Positions 37,063-48,279 of a DNA stretch of 64,000 nt are shown here, piece after piece; position 1 is the stretch's first letter, and each line of letters opens with the position of its first letter. The position numbers and the translations under genes were made by a program. The notes under the pieces were generated by a model. It worked only from the letters and a program-made list of their open reading frames with translations, did not search any database and had not been told where the DNA came from. This stretch comes from a virus, in IMG/VR virus record IMGVR_UViG_3300012948_000003, positions 32,001-96,000 of that record, one strand, 5' to 3'.

Positions 37063-40011
37063 TTAGATCGCTGGCTGAGGAGGTATATCCGCAACGCCGT
37101 ACTGGGAGCCGGGTAAGCCGGGGATTTGCCTTGCACCTGAAACAAGACTTCCCTGCTCACCTGCCTGACTTAGGCCGGGTGTCATCATACCTTTCGCTAA
37201 TGCCTCACGTACTCGATGTGTATGCGTGAGACCCAGCTCTTGCAGTTTATGCTGGTGCGTTTGATCTGCCTTCGCGGCTTCGATTGCTGCCTGTACTACT
37301 TTATCGCGCACAGCATTGTCTGGTTCCGGTGGCGGAGGAGCTGCTACTGGAGCGGGAGGTTCCATTGGCTTCGATGCCTGAAGCGCCTGATCAACCTGTC
37401 CCTTCGCGCCGATCTCAGCCAATCGTCCTTGACCACGTGCTTGTTCGACTGCGATCTGAGATTGGGCTCGCGCTTGCTCCTGCGCTTGCATCATCTGCAT
37501 TTGCATCTGCATTTGCTGCTGTTGTTGTTTCTGCTGCATGTCGGAATACATCTTGAATTGAGTTTTAACCGCAGAACGCAGGATCGGATTCGCGTTTTTA
37601 CCTTCGTCGCCTTTTAACCAGACCCGGAAGTAATCCATATAGGGTTCTGGCGTATCTAGGTCTTCATCTGGAGGAACCATTCGCGCAAGAAGTTGGCCCA
37701 TCAGCTCAGCAGGATCAGGCGGACCCTGCTCCTCTGGCGGGGAACCCTGCTCCGGTTGGGGTGGGCCTTGAGGACCCTGTGGCTGAGGACCTGCCGGGGT
37801 GGCTTGCTGTACAGCACTTTGTTGGAGTTCCGGTGGTGCTTGTTGAGGAGCTGCCAGAGCGGTCGGGGCGGCTTGTATTGGCTGATTAGCCATTTGTGTT
37901 AAATACCACTGAGCTAATTTCATCGCTTGTGGTATCAATGCTTCGAGTTGGTCAATTCGGAGCATCGCATCTCGTGTTTCTTGATTGTAGTCGTCGAGAT
38001 CGATGCCTTCGATACCGTAGACTTCGAGTATTTTGTCTTTTAACGAAGTTGGGGCTTGAGGATTCAGTAATATTTGTCCAAAAACAGTAAATGCGTTCTG
38101 TAATGCAGCTTGCTGTTCTTCTCGGGGATGCGGAAGCCAGCTTTTCGGTTTCGGATAGATCGCAAAATCGCCTTCGAGGTCACTTCCGTTCAACATGAAC
38201 CATTCTGGCTCGCCTGTTTTCCCTTTTAGAGGTATTGGAACGTCATCAACGACATTTTCTCGGAATAATTCGATCCATTGAGTTACTGCCATCGCTTGTC
38301 CGAACGCCAAAGGCATCAATTTCGGTCCCTGAAGTCCCTGAGCCTTTGAGTTCATGATCATCATGCCACGCGCAGTGTCTGTTCCACCCATTTCTTGAGC
38401 AGATGGATCGCCAGTAGTCGTCGGAGAGACCACTTGCGCCATTATTTGCATCTCGCCGCTCATTCGATTGGCGTAGCCTGTTAGATTTGGATCGGCTGGA
38501 GGGAATGCAGGCTGGAAAAACAGCTCTTCGGGCTTCGGAGAACCCTGCGGAAGGCGTGTAATCGTTGCTGGAGACCCGTCAAAGTCGGTTTCTGAGAGTG
38601 GCGACTTGATTATTGTCGGTGCGCCACCGCTGCGAGCCTTCAAATAGAGATAAAGCAGCGAATTTATCTCGATCATTTCTCTTTGCGGCTCGACCATTGC
38701 AGTAACTGTCGTGCCACCATCGGCTTTATGAGGCTGATAGACATAAGGAATGTACACCCACTTCTTTCTGAAGTCTTCTTCGCCGTGATCGAGCCAATCA
38801 TTGCCGATTTTTAAGAGGTATAGACCCTTCGGAAAGACCTCACCGAGCCTTGTATGCGGTGGAATGACTGTTTCGTCTTCGCCAATGAATCGAACTTCGC
38901 TCTCGAACTCGACGTGTTCATATTTGCAAGGCTGGAGCCACCATTGCTTCACCACTACATCTGATGCTTCTCGGTCAACTGCACCGACCGGAGCTGCTGA
39001 AGTGCTGCTTCCACCTACCGGGCGTCGTGCCAGCTCTTCTGCTCGCAGTCCGTAATCATCACTACCAATCCCCTGTCCGCCTTTTCGCTCCGAATCCCAC
39101 CACGGAATCATTTGAGCAATGAGATCGCGATCCACCAGACGCGTTCTGCAAAGGTAATTGCCTTTCATGTAGTGCCCGGCGCGTCTATCGCCTTTCATCT
39201 GGAGCGGAGTAACGCATTCAAGGACCGGGAATCCAACAGGTACCTTCTTATAGCCAGTGATCTTGTGAACTGTTACCTGCGGAGCTTCGATTATCTGTAG
39301 CTGATCACTTCTGCCACATTTCGGACACTTCGGACCGACCATGCTCGGGATTAATCGTTCGGCTGGACCCATGTTGTCGCAGTTCGGACTCCCGCAGATG
39401 AATGCATCGCCACCGTGCTGCTCAGTTGACTCCTCAAAGATTGGTCGTGACGCGAAGAGTTTGCCTGCATCGAGACTCCAGTACGAATACCACCAGACTC
39501 CGCAGTAGAGCTGGCGGAGTTTCTCTGATTCAAGCCGGAATTCCTCTGTCAACAACTCCGCTTCGCCATAGTCGCCTGTCTTCTGAGCCGCACGAGCCGC
39601 AGCAACGTTATGATCATCTTCACTGCTTGGATCGATCACTATGTCCGGACTAGCTTCCAGTGCAGCACTAACCGAGAGATCGACGAAGTAGGCAAACCAG
39701 TTGTGCGGATAGAACGGGTCTTCATCCGTATGCGGTAGGTCCCTGACGAGACCCGTTTGATCCGAGAAGTGCCAGAAGAATGCACCTTCATAGTAACGCT
39801 GATTACGTACTCCTTCACGGTATTTCATCCAATCGTGGTTACGTTCTTCGTTCTCCAGCTTCCCTGTCATCTCAGTGAAATACTGGCTCCAGTCACCCTT
39901 GATAACACGGCTACGGCGCTTCGTTTGCTCGTAGGCTTCAGGCGTAGCGCCACTGCCGGGTATCATACCGGGTTGATGTAAGTCAGAGAGCGGATGAACA
40001 GATGAACCCAT
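37063..40011 (-). CDS. Portal protein
   Basis: 982 aa between terminase and scaffold/capsid; PDIVIDPSSEDDHNVAAARAA, EPQREMIEINS, TARGMMIM as in P22-like portals. Confidence 0.8.
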   Translation of the reverse strand: MGSSVHPLSDLHQPGMIPGSGATPEAYEQTKRRSRVIKGDWSQYFTEMTGKLENEERNHDWMKYREGVRNQRYYEGAFFWHFSDQTGLVRDLPHTDEDPFYPHNWFAYFVDLSVSAALEASPDIVIDPSSEDDHNVAAARAAQKTGDYGEAELLTEEFRLESEKLRQLYCGVWWYSYWSLDAGKLFASRPIFEESTEQHGGDAFICGSPNCDNMGPAERLIPSMVGPKCPKCGRSDQLQIIEAPQVTVHKITGYKKVPVGFPVLECVTPLQMKGDRRAGHYMKGNYLCRTRLVDRDLIAQMIPWWDSERKGGQGIGSDDYGLRAEELARRPVGGSSTSAAPVGAVDREASDVVVKQWWLQPCKYEHVEFESEVRFIGEDETVIPPHTRLGEVFPKGLYLLKIGNDWLDHGEEDFRKKWVYIPYVYQPHKADGGTTVTAMVEPQREMIEINSLLYLYLKARSGGAPTIIKSPLSETDFDGSPATITRLPQGSPKPEELFFQPAFPPADPNLTGYANRMSGEMQIMAQVVSPTTTGDPSAQEMGGTDTARGMMIMNSKAQGLQGPKLMPLAFGQAMAVTQWIELFRENVVDDVPIPLKGKTGEPEWFMLNGSDLEGDFAIYPKPKSWLPHPREEQQAALQNAFTVFGQILLNPQAPTSLKDKILEVYGIEGIDLDDYNQETRDAMLRIDQLEALIPQAMKLAQWYLTQMANQPIQAAPTALAAPQQAPPELQQSAVQQATPAGPQPQGPQGPPQPEQGSPPEEQGPPDPAELMGQLLARMVPPDEDLDTPEPYMDYFRVWLKGDEGKNANPILRSAVKTQFKMYSDMQQKQQQQQMQMQMQMMQAQEQARAQSQIAVEQARGQGRLAEIGAKGQVDQALQASKPMEPPAPVAAPPPPEPDNAVRDKVVQAAIEAAKADQTHQHKLQELGLTHTHRVREALAKGMMTPGLSQAGEQGSLVSGARQIPGLPGSQYGVADIPPQPAI

Positions 40012-40013
40012 GA

Positions 40014-40451
40014 TTATCCTATTACGACTCCGTCGAACGGCGAGTCAGGAGGCATCTCTGCTAATCGAACTTCGAGCCGTTTCAAGATTTCTTTATCACG
40101 AGCACGATTGCTCTTTGTCAGGTCCTCAACCTTTGCTTCCATTTCTTGCGGATCGTAGAACATCAGTTCGACTAGCTTGTCGGCTTCGATCTCGACTGCC
40201 AGCGATTCCGCTCTACCGATCACTCGCGTTGGCTGCTCTAGTGGCGGAGGCGGAGCCTCTGCTACTGTCGGTTTGTTACCTCGTGATAACAGAAAACTAT
40301 CCTGAAGAGCGATATTCTGCTGGCGATACCATTCGATATCGCTCTTCAGGCGCTCGATCACTGCATCACGGTCGGCAATACGCGCTTCGAGGTCACGCGT
40401 ATTGCCGAACAACAAGCCCAGTATTCGAGGCAGTGATTGGTTGGCAAACAT
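40014..40451 (-). CDS. Hypothetical coiled-coil protein
   Basis: TAATG-coupled ORF. Confidence 0.6.
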   Translation of the reverse strand: MFANQSLPRILGLLFGNTRDLEARIADRDAVIERLKSDIEWYRQQNIALQDSFLLSRGNKPTVAEAPPPPLEQPTRVIGRAESLAVEIEADKLVELMFYDPQEMEAKVEDLTKSNRARDKEILKRLEVRLAEMPPDSPFDGVVIG

Positions 40452-40774
40452 TAAGCCACCATGCTGTACTGATCAGTTGCGACCAGCGATGCGTCATTAC
40501 CTGTAAAGAGTGTCCGCAGACCCGCCACGGTGTCTGCGGCAGCGACGTTCGCATTGGTCAACGTCCCGATTGCCTGTGCGTAATCGATCTGCTTTTGATA
40601 TTGCTCGTAGAATCGCAGATCGGTCTCGTAGGGAGGCGCGGTTACCGCACGGAGCCCGGCCACTGTCGTCAGTGGGTTGATGATCGCATTCGTCAACACG
40701 CCCATGTCTACCATCTTGTTGACGTAGGTGAGCGCATGACGATTAAAACCATAAGTGGTTTCTGGAATTGCCAT
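40451..40774 (-). CDS. Hypothetical protein with internal duplication
   Basis: G(V/T)LTNA..TVAGLR occurs twice; AAGGAG RBS. Confidence 0.7.
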   Translation of the reverse strand: MAIPETTYGFNRHALTYVNKMVDMGVLTNAIINPLTTVAGLRAVTAPPYETDLRFYEQYQKQIDYAQAIGTLTNANVAAADTVAGLRTLFTGNDASLVATDQYSMVA

Positions 40775-40835
40775 GACTATTCTCCTTTAAGATCGGGGAA
40801 CCGGGGACGAATGTCCGGGGATTTGCTGGAGGGGG

Positions 40836-41276
40836 TTAGAAGCCGCCGAGGCGACCGCCTTGTTTCATTCGCTCACGGGCGCGTTTACCTTGCGATGCGA
40901 CCTCTCCTTCATTGAAAGGCTGATGGCGCAATTGAGCTGGACGATTCTCTTTGTAATTACGAATAGCTTCCATATCGGAGGCAGAGCGACCCGTTACCGG
41001 GGAGGTTGGCGGAGCCGTTTCTTCTGGCGGAGCTTCTTCGCCCGGCTGAGGTCCACCTGCCAGCTCCGCTGTTTCATCGTGCGGACCTTCCGCTGCCTCT
41101 GCCGGGGCTAGCGCTTGAGTAATTTCATCCGCTTCCTCTTGTGGTACTTGACCAGCGCCTTGACAGGCTGGACACGTTACCATTTGAGGCTCATTGCCGC
41201 CGCCCGGCGCAACCATCTTACCATCTTCGTTGCCGAGCGCTGGACCGAGTGAATCCGAACTCGCCATTGGTGGCAT
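40836..41276 (-). CDS. Hypothetical acidic/Pro-rich protein
   Basis: AAGGAGG RBS; CPACQGAG. Confidence 0.65.
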   Translation of the reverse strand: MPPMASSDSLGPALGNEDGKMVAPGGGNEPQMVTCPACQGAGQVPQEEADEITQALAPAEAAEGPHDETAELAGGPQPGEEAPPEETAPPTSPVTGRSASDMEAIRNYKENRPAQLRHQPFNEGEVASQGKRARERMKQGGRLGGF

Positions 41277-41287
41277 CGCTGCCTCCT

Positions 41288-41301
41288 TTCTTTTAAAAGA
41301 A
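41288..41301. repeat. Palindrome copy 8
   Basis: Core, abuts SD. Confidence 0.95.
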
Positions 41302-41309
41302 TTTTGTAT

Positions 41310-41729
41310 TTAGTAGTTTGTCATTCGTGGAATGCGCCAGCCGGGAGCGTTTGTACCACCGGGACCGAGACCACCTACGTTTGTTCGGCGATACGGCATA
41401 CCACCGATGTTCTGCGTTCCTTCCATCGGCTCAAGCTCCTCACGCTGCGCCTGCCATGCTCTGCCCTGATACGGAGGCACTGGTCTTATCGGCTGCATTC
41501 GTTGACTCGCCTGCGTACGGGCTTGCGCTGCTTCAAGTTCCTGTCTTGCGGCAGGTGACATGATCGGCGCTCGCGCAGGCGGAGGTTCCGGTGTTGGCGC
41601 AGGCGCGGGACGTGCAGGCCGTTCATTCATCTTCTGCATGTACTTGTAGGACTGTCCCCACTGAGTCGGAGGATTCTCGGGCTCCTGCTGCGCCTGCGCT
41701 AGACGTTGCATTGCATATCTTCCGGCCAT
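41310..41729 (-). CDS. Hypothetical low-complexity protein
   Basis: AAGGAG RBS. Confidence 0.6.
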   Translation of the reverse strand: MAGRYAMQRLAQAQQEPENPPTQWGQSYKYMQKMNERPARPAPAPTPEPPPARAPIMSPAARQELEAAQARTQASQRMQPIRPVPPYQGRAWQAQREELEPMEGTQNIGGMPYRRTNVGGLGPGGTNAPGWRIPRMTNY

Positions 41730-41740
41730 TGGTTTGCTCC

Positions 41741-41971
41741 TTACTTGCAGCCTCTGCCGCCGATGTTCGGTTCACAATTACTGCCCCAACTCGTTCCACC
41801 CATCTTAGGCTTCGAAGTTGGGAAGTCCTTCGGTACTGGCATTGCTCCGCCAGTATCGCCGTCTCCGAGATTGCCACCCTCCATATCCGGCATAGTCGCA
41901 CGTCTGTCTTCTACACGCGGAGGCTCAGGCATTACTCTATTGCTGTAATCTCCACAACCACCCATTTTCAT
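41741..41971 (-). CDS. Hypothetical Gly/Pro-rich protein
   Basis: AAGGAG RBS. Confidence 0.55.
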   Translation of the reverse strand: MKMGGCGDYSNRVMPEPPRVEDRRATMPDMEGGNLGDGDTGGAMPVPKDFPTSKPKMGGTSWGSNCEPNIGGRGCK

Positions 41972-41981
41972 GATGATCTCC

Positions 41982-42137
41982 TTATGCTTTTACTTTTCCA
42001 CACCGAACACAGAATTCAAGAGACACCGGAGCCTCATTGATATTCTTGCCAGACACCTTCTTCCAGTCGTGTCCGCCTTGCAGCTCGCACGGGATGTGCG
42101 GATTATGAGGTTCGTATTTGATCGGCTCGGCTGTCAT
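41982..42137 (-). CDS. Small Zn-finger-like protein (51 aa, below ORF-track cutoff)
   Basis: MTAEPIKY..C..GHDW..CVRCGK. Confidence 0.5.
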   Translation of the reverse strand: MTAEPIKYEPHNPHIPCELQGGHDWKKVSGKNINEAPVSLEFCVRCGKVKA

Positions 42138-42328
42138 TTCGTTATGTTGTAACGACGTCTCACTTCAGGGATTTCCCGATAGTAATTTGCGTTACCGCTC
42201 GTCATTTTATCCGGAGGCGCGTTCCATACATCAGGACTCGCGTTCTTCGGAATCCCGAGTCTCCCTTGATCCCGACTCGGAACCTTCTGCATTTGTGCTT
42301 TCCTCTTTCGCTGCTCGACGTATTTCAT
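42134..42328 (-). CDS. Small basic protein
   Basis: GGGAG RBS; MKYVEQRK. Confidence 0.5.
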   Translation of the reverse strand: MKYVEQRKRKAQMQKVPSRDQGRLGIPKNASPDVWNAPPDKMTSGNANYYREIPEVRRRYNITK

Positions 42329-42436
42329 TTCTTCTCCCTAATACGCCGATGATAACGAGTGTAATCATCACCACCAGCAAAATTAAGATCGCAAGTCCGA
42401 TCACAACTAAATCCGAGAGGTCAAAGGGCTCGACCA

Positions 42437-42637
42437 TCATCCTTTATGGAAACCTCGCAGTGTCAGTGCCAGTCGCGCTCGCTGACCAGTCTTGCCGCTA
42501 TCATGCTTATGCGCTGCGGCGAATTCCATCGGAGACTGACCTGCTTTCTTCGCCGATGCAGTCAGCGCTCCCGGATGTTTGATAGCGCCAGCGATCCACT
42601 TCTTTTTGCTCTTGCGTTGTTCAGCGTACTTTGCCAT
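42437..42637 (-). CDS. Small basic phage protein (WIxGAIKxPGAL..RARLAxTL type)
   Basis: AAGGAG before MAKYAEQRK; motif recognised from other phage proteins. Confidence 0.65.
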   Translation of the reverse strand: MAKYAEQRKSKKKWIAGAIKHPGALTASAKKAGQSPMEFAAAHKHDSGKTGQRARLALTLRGFHKG

Positions 42638-42845
42638 TTCAGTCTCCTTTCTCGTTTGCGAAGCAACGTTCGCAGAGCTTTTCGAAGCCTGCTTCGTTTG
42701 CCTCCTCAACACTATTGAATGTATAACGGTTGCCCGGACGGATTAGAACTGCGCGGCAATCTTCGCCGGGCTTATCCTTCTTATGAATCTTTTTAGTGCG
42801 CTTGTTAACGTAGACTCGGCCATTCCATTTCATCTCTTACTTCTT

Positions 42846-43220
42846 TCAGTGTGGTATCTGCCAAAGTAAGTCTGCCATTACTTCGCTGGCGGGTCCTTGT
42901 ATCTCGCTGCGAATCTTAAGATTGCATCTGCCGCACGTAGCTTCCGTGATCCCGTCGCCGATCTCCGGTTTACCCCAAAGATGCGTCGTCGGAGTACAAG
43001 GTCCTTCCACTGGTGTTATCGTGACGGCAGCTGCTGGTTCAGCGACGATTATGTTCGGTACTTGATCCAGCTTAGCGAGAGTCTCGGGGTCTAGCTTTTT
43101 ATACTCGATTGCCTTAGCCGGGATCGGGACTCGCCCGGACATCAACGTGCCGACAATGCGAGCCATCTCCATTGCTTCTTCGATAGCTTCTTCAGAGTAG
43201 TCTCCGCCACCTATTTTCAT
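42846..43220 (-). CDS. Hypothetical protein
   Basis: C..HLW..CGRC. Confidence 0.5.
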   Translation of the reverse strand: MKIGGGDYSEEAIEEAMEMARIVGTLMSGRVPIPAKAIEYKKLDPETLAKLDQVPNIIVAEPAAAVTITPVEGPCTPTTHLWGKPEIGDGITEATCGRCNLKIRSEIQGPASEVMADLLWQIPH

Positions 43221-43402
43221 TTCTTGCCCTTCTTCTGGCGTTGCGCTGCGTATCGCGGCAACGGCTTCTCTTTCACGGCAGCAAAGTCGTGGAGCTGTCC
43301 GTGGCTCATCTTGAGTACGCCTCTGTTCTTCGAGTACACCTGCTCGGGGTGATGCTCAGCGATAGCCATTAGTCTGCGTTGCGCTTTTGATGTTGCTGGC
43401 AT
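43217..43402 (-). CDS. DUF3008-like small basic protein
   Basis: MPATSKAQRRLM..MS..QLHDFA..K.K.LP. Confidence 0.65.
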   Translation of the reverse strand: MPATSKAQRRLMAIAEHHPEQVYSKNRGVLKMSHGQLHDFAAVKEKPLPRYAAQRQKKGKK

Positions 43403-43791
43403 AGTGGCTCCTCAAGGATCATAGAATGGATCGTCGTCATCCTCGTGGCATTGTTCGCACAGACATCCTTCGACGTGCGCCGTATTTACTAAGCGAGCCG
43501 TTGCTTCGAGCCCGACCAATGCGGTCCTGAGCGCATCCGCAAAGAGTTCTTCAGGACCATAAACTATTTCACCGATCAGCACTGCCGTCGTCTTGATCTC
43601 TGCTACCGGGAACGAAACGGTTTGACCATCTCGTGCGGACCCAGTGATCCAGAAATCAAGACGGTGAATCGGATCATAGGAATTCGACCAATTCAACCTT
43701 ACGTGAGAAACACACCGCTCGCGTTCCTCGAAAACCTTCCGGAGAATATTTCCGACGTTATCAACACCTAAACTGTAATCATTAAAACCGC

Positions 43792-43980
43792 TCACAATCC
43801 TCCTGCCATTTGAATCAACACCGCTAATGCCCAACAGAACAATCCCGCAGCAACGAACTTATTCCACGGTGGAGTGGGAGGATTCCAGAACGTAGCAATA
43901 CCGAACAAGATCACTGCTGCAATCATCAGTATCAACGGGATAATCGCAGTCAAGCCACCTGTCGCGAGTAGTAAAGCCAT
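43792..43980 (-). CDS. Small two-TM membrane protein
   Basis: AAGGAGG RBS; two hydrophobic segments. Confidence 0.6.
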   Translation of the reverse strand: MALLLATGGLTAIIPLILMIAAVILFGIATFWNPPTPPWNKFVAAGLFCWALAVLIQMAGGL

Positions 43981-44531
43981 GCTACCTCCTTGCGCTCATC
44001 AATCGAGCTGTCGCTTCGAGTATTTGCAGTGCGTCCGCCATAACGGATTCAACATCTTTCTGCGTTGAATCTTCATCGATCACCAGTGGCGCATTGATCA
44101 GCATCTCCTTAATGTCTACGTGTTCCACATCGATAATAGCTACTAACCAGAGTCCTTTAATCAGGAGACGATGACCTCGTAACCGACGTACTACTGAATG
44201 CTCATCGACCACAGAAAGATTGTGTAGCCGCCCACTTCCCTTGTAGTTCAGCGTTTCTAAATATCGCTCCAGTATTCGTTTTAGTAAGGCGTTGCTAATC
44301 GTCCCATCACTCTCTGCCCGAAAGGCATTGGCGCATTCGCTCCATACTGCGGAGGCGTTAACGTATTAAACGGCGTCACAGGCACATACTCAGAACCCGT
44401 GCCCGGCATATAGGGCTGGGCATTCTTCTGCATCTGCTCTTCGTATGGAGTTGCTGTTGGCCCGAGCTTGAGAGGTGGCAAGCCGAGATTGCCACCTCCC
44501 CCAGCAAGAGCTGCTCGAATATCAGCTCTCA

Positions 44532-44774
44532 CTATGCTCCTTCTGCTGGCGCGTCTGCTGGCGCTGCTGGTGCCTCTGGAGGAGTCGGAATTACTACTTC
44601 ATGCAGCCGCACGTGCCGCTGCGCTCCTTCTCCTGCGATTGTCTTAAGTCCTTCAACGGTCGCTCCGGTCCCAGTCCGAGTCTCGACAGTTACTTCTTGA
44701 TCGCCGCGTGTAACTGTGCGTGGTTCGGGTGTAACAGGGATTACTTCGTTCTTATCGACTATCTCGTCTGCCAT
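44532..44774 (-). CDS. Hypothetical acidic protein
   Basis: AAGGAG RBS next to palindrome. Confidence 0.6.
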   Translation of the reverse strand: MADEIVDKNEVIPVTPEPRTVTRGDQEVTVETRTGTGATVEGLKTIAGEGAQRHVRLHEVVIPTPPEAPAAPADAPAEGA

Positions 44775-44785
44775 TGTTTTACTCC

Positions 44786-44803
44786 TTTTCTTTTAAAAGA
44801 AAA
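44786..44803. repeat. Palindrome copy 9
   Basis: 18-bp form after collagen stop. Confidence 0.95.
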
Positions 44804-46654
44804 TTACGCAATTGCGAACTCCATAAAGGAACCCGCCAACACGACTGCTCCCGTATCGTTCACTGCTGTATTCTGGCTGAACTGGAATGCAAGCTGTCCA
44901 CTCGCACCTGCGGTATATACTATGTCGAAACGAATGTAGCCACCTGCCGTTCCTGTGCCAGTCAGCGCCACGTTCGTTGGCATCGTAACGTCTATTGCCA
45001 GCTCGGCAGGTGTACCCGTTGCGGCAATGTGAGTTCGTTCACTTCTCCATCGTGTTTGCGCTGGAGCAGAGAATCCATACTTGAAATCTCCGTTCGCTGT
45101 CGTATCGAAGAAGACCGTGCCGCGTATGCGATACTTCGCACCATTGACAACGTTAAACACAAGCGTGTTGCTGTTTTGTAAAACGTTGCTGTTGATGACC
45201 GCTTGATCGGATGCTTGACTGAGCGTTGTCCAATTCGAAGGTCCCGTTGGTCCCGTGATGCCTGTCGGTCCAGTCGGACCCGTTGCTCCTGCTGCGCCAG
45301 CGGGACCCGTTGCTCCACCCGGTCCTGTTGCGCCTTGAGGACCAGCTGATCCAGCCGGGCCAGTAGGACCTTGTGAACCCGCTGTGCCCTGTGGGCCAGT
45401 CGGACCCTCTGGCCCGGCTGCACCTGTTGGTCCGGTATCGCCTGTACCAGTCGGACCCGTTGGACCAATAGCTCCTTGCGGACCAGCAACACCTGTCGGA
45501 CCAATCGGGCCAACGTCGCCCTGCTGACCCGGCTGGCCTTGTGGTCCTTGTTGACCCTGTGCGCCTTGAGGACCTTGCGGACCGACAGCACCTTGTGGAC
45601 CGGGATCGCCCTGCTGGCCGGGTTGACCCTGTGGTCCCTGTTGGCCCGGTTGACCCTGTGGACCCTCCGCTCCTTGTGGACCTTGCTGACCCTGTGGACC
45701 AGTATCGCCTTGAGGACCTGCCGAACCCGTAGGTCCTGTGTCGCCTATTGGGCCTGCCGGGCCTGCTGCACCTGTTGCGCCGTCCGCGCCGTCCTTACCC
45801 GGAGCGCCTTCAACTCCCTTTGGACCTGTTGGTCCAGTATCACCTGCAATACCTTGTGGACCAGTATCGCCAGCAATCCCCTGCGGACCAGTTGATCCTG
45901 CGGGACCCGTGTCACCCATCGGACCTGTCGGACCAGTATCGCCACCTCCCGGACCCATTGGACCCGTTGGTCCTGTTGGGCCAGTATCGCCTCCACCGGG
46001 ACCCATCGGTCCAGTTGGACCTTCCGGTCCCGCTGGTCCAGTATCACCAGTCGGTCCTGCCGATCCCGCTACGCCTTGAGGTCCTGTTGCTCCATCTGCT
46101 CCAGCAGGACCCGCAGCGCCAGTCTCGCCGATTGCACCTGCGGGACCAGCTGCTCCCTGCGGACCTGCTGGACCAGTATCGCCAGCAGGTCCAGCCGCGC
46201 CAGTGTCTCCAGTAGCGCCAGCTGATCCCGCTGGGCCAGCATCACCCTGTGGACCCGCTGGTCCTTGTAATCCTTGCGCACCAGCAGGACCTGTATCGCC
46301 TGCTGGACCAGTGGGACCCGTTACTCCGTCGCCTCCGCCTCCCGAAGGTCCCGTTGGTCCCGCTGGTCCAGTCGGACCCGTTGGTCCCATGCCGCCGCCA
46401 CCCTCAGCCGTGATTATTGCCTGCCCCGGATCAGGACCGAGGTTCACATTGAACCCTTCATCAAAGCTAATGATGCTGACAGCACCGATCTCAACTCCGT
46501 AATGTTTAATACCGAGAGGCTGAGCAACGCCTGCGGGAGGAGCCGCCTGACCCGCAACGGTCTTCATCCCGATTATCGGTGCTCCTGTGCCAGTTTTTAT
46601 TTCTTCTGCATTGGCAAGTTCAATGAGTCGCTGATCGATATCGAATTCAGGCAT
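44804..46654 (-). CDS. Collagen-like fibre protein
   Basis: ~380 aa of G-P-X/G-D-T triplets with a C-terminal beta domain. Confidence 0.88.
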   Translation of the reverse strand: MPEFDIDQRLIELANAEEIKTGTGAPIIGMKTVAGQAAPPAGVAQPLGIKHYGVEIGAVSIISFDEGFNVNLGPDPGQAIITAEGGGGMGPTGPTGPAGPTGPSGGGGDGVTGPTGPAGDTGPAGAQGLQGPAGPQGDAGPAGSAGATGDTGAAGPAGDTGPAGPQGAAGPAGAIGETGAAGPAGADGATGPQGVAGSAGPTGDTGPAGPEGPTGPMGPGGGDTGPTGPTGPMGPGGGDTGPTGPMGDTGPAGSTGPQGIAGDTGPQGIAGDTGPTGPKGVEGAPGKDGADGATGAAGPAGPIGDTGPTGSAGPQGDTGPQGQQGPQGAEGPQGQPGQQGPQGQPGQQGDPGPQGAVGPQGPQGAQGQQGPQGQPGQQGDVGPIGPTGVAGPQGAIGPTGPTGTGDTGPTGAAGPEGPTGPQGTAGSQGPTGPAGSAGPQGATGPGGATGPAGAAGATGPTGPTGITGPTGPSNWTTLSQASDQAVINSNVLQNSNTLVFNVVNGAKYRIRGTVFFDTTANGDFKYGFSAPAQTRWRSERTHIAATGTPAELAIDVTMPTNVALTGTGTAGGYIRFDIVYTAGASGQLAFQFSQNTAVNDTGAVVLAGSFMEFAIA

Positions 46655-46656
46655 GT

Positions 46657-48279
46657 CTACCCCCGTAGCTTCTGCATAAAGTGTTGTTGGTTGCTGCGCT
46701 GCAATCGCTTCATGTTAGTTGCGAGCCAGTACTGTTGACTGTTCGCCGCCATAGGGTGTGGATTCTTGTCGATATTATCGAACTGCAATGATTCGTCGAG
46801 CATTCTCATTGCTTGTATTTTTAGTGGCAGAGCCTCCTTGCTCATGTAACGCCGGGCTCTGTACCAACCTTCCGCCAAACTCATAACGCAATCATCGTGC
46901 TCGCCTTCGGGAGCAGCGTACCGGAACCGCCCTGACGGGAGTCGTTCCATTCCGAAGACCTCAAGCTCCTGTAGGAGCTGCGGCTCGCGTGGAATGGTTA
47001 TGTCTGTGCGTTCGAAGGCGAGCACTAACGCCTGAATCGCCTCTTCCTTCGATGCATTCGTTGCAGTGAATTCACTGATGGGTAGATTAGCTCTGTGGGT
47101 CACGCCAACGGAGCTGAGCAACCTCGCTACTGCTGCGGCTGCTTCCTCTGCTTCTTCTTTGGTATATAGGCCAATACGAACTCCGTCTTCGATAGTCGGC
47201 ATCTTGATGCTTTTCGGAGCCGGGCCAATCTTGTTATAGGACGTCTGCAATAACATCTCGATGAGAGCTTCATTCGCATTCGTCTCCACTACTACTTCTG
47301 TCGGTTGAAAGGCTTCAGCGAGCGCAACTAGCCGGGGAACTTGCAACAAATAGTTTACTTGATTAAAGCGATCTATCTTGACGATTGTTTTTGTAGTGCA
47401 GTCGATCACTGTCATTACGCTGAAGTCCTCTTTCTTTGCGAGGTCCCAGCTAATAACGTAGACATGATATGGATCGAGTTTATCGCGCCAGACTGCTTCC
47501 TTCTCGCGAGTACAGGCAGCGATGTTACGGAACACCGCGCCACCGTCTTCGAGAAACTCGGCAAGATATTCTTGTCTGAAAACTGAATCGGGATACCGGG
47601 CTTGCGCTCCGAGTATCTCGTCGTACGGGATATACGGGTTAGCGCTGGTCGGCATCTGCCAGCTCATCCATTCCTTCTGCGCTGCGTCCTGCCCCTTCAA
47701 CCAGAGCCGATAGAAAGCGCCTTTACCGGAAGGCGTTGACGCGAACCATGCATCCCCACGGAGATCAATGAGGGTTGGCGCAATAGCATAATCAAAGACC
47801 TGTTCGAGATTCTGTATGAGGGCTGCTTCGTCGATTGCAACGCGTTTGTACTTTCGGGAGCGTCCTGCTTTGTAACGCTTCCTACCTGTGCCGCCGCCTT
47901 CGTTGTCAAGCGACCACGCTTCGATTATTCCTCCAGTGTATAGCTCGATGCGGTGCTCTGAGTCATTGCTCGTTTTAATCAGCGGCTCGACTATTTCTTT
48001 GATGTCGCGCCAACCCTCAAGGAGGAATTTGTATGTTGGAGCGAAGTAGCCTGCCGGGTATCCTGCTTCAGCTACTTCCGCTAGTGCATCACCGAGAAAG
48101 ATGCTCTTGCCGAATCGCCGACCGCAGTCAAGCACATTGAAGCGCTTTGCTTCGGCTTTGATCTGTTTTTGTGCTGGATGTAAGTTAAGTCGTCTGGAGT
48201 AGACAGGCGTCTTGCCTATCGCCGCGAAGGCTGCTAAGTGAGACTGTAAAATAGAATACGCACCTTGTAGACTAGCCAC
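46657..48279 (-). CDS. terL: Terminase large subunit
   Basis: CGRRFGKS (Walker A), VAIDEAA (Walker B), [32 protein letters not shown]. Confidence 0.95.
   Translation of the reverse strand: MASLQGAYSILQSHLAAFAAIGKTPVYSRRLNLHPAQKQIKAEAKRFNVLDCGRRFGKSIFLGDALAEVAEAGYPAGYFAPTYKFLLEGWRDIKEIVEPLIKTSNDSEHRIELYTGGIIEAWSLDNEGGGTGRKRYKAGRSRKYKRVAIDEAALIQNLEQVFDYAIAPTLIDLRGDAWFASTPSGKGAFYRLWLKGQDAAQKEWMSWQMPTSANPYIPYDEILGAQARYPDSVFRQEYLAEFLEDGGAVFRNIAACTREKEAVWRDKLDPYHVYVISWDLAKKEDFSVMTVIDCTTKTIVKIDRFNQVNYLLQVPRLVALAEAFQPTEVVVETNANEALIEMLLQTSYNKIGPAPKSIKMPTIEDGVRIGLYTKEEAEEAAAAVARLLSSVGVTHRANLPISEFTATNASKEEAIQALVLAFERTDITIPREPQLLQELEVFGMERLPSGRFRYAAPEGEHDDCVMSLAEGWYRARRYMSKEALPLKIQAMRMLDESLQFDNIDKNPHPMAANSQQYWLATNMKRLQRSNQQHFMQKLRG

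Noticed and set aside
40010-40915. 301-aa plus-strand ORF
   Set aside because: Antisense to well-formed minus-strand genes with RBS or coupling
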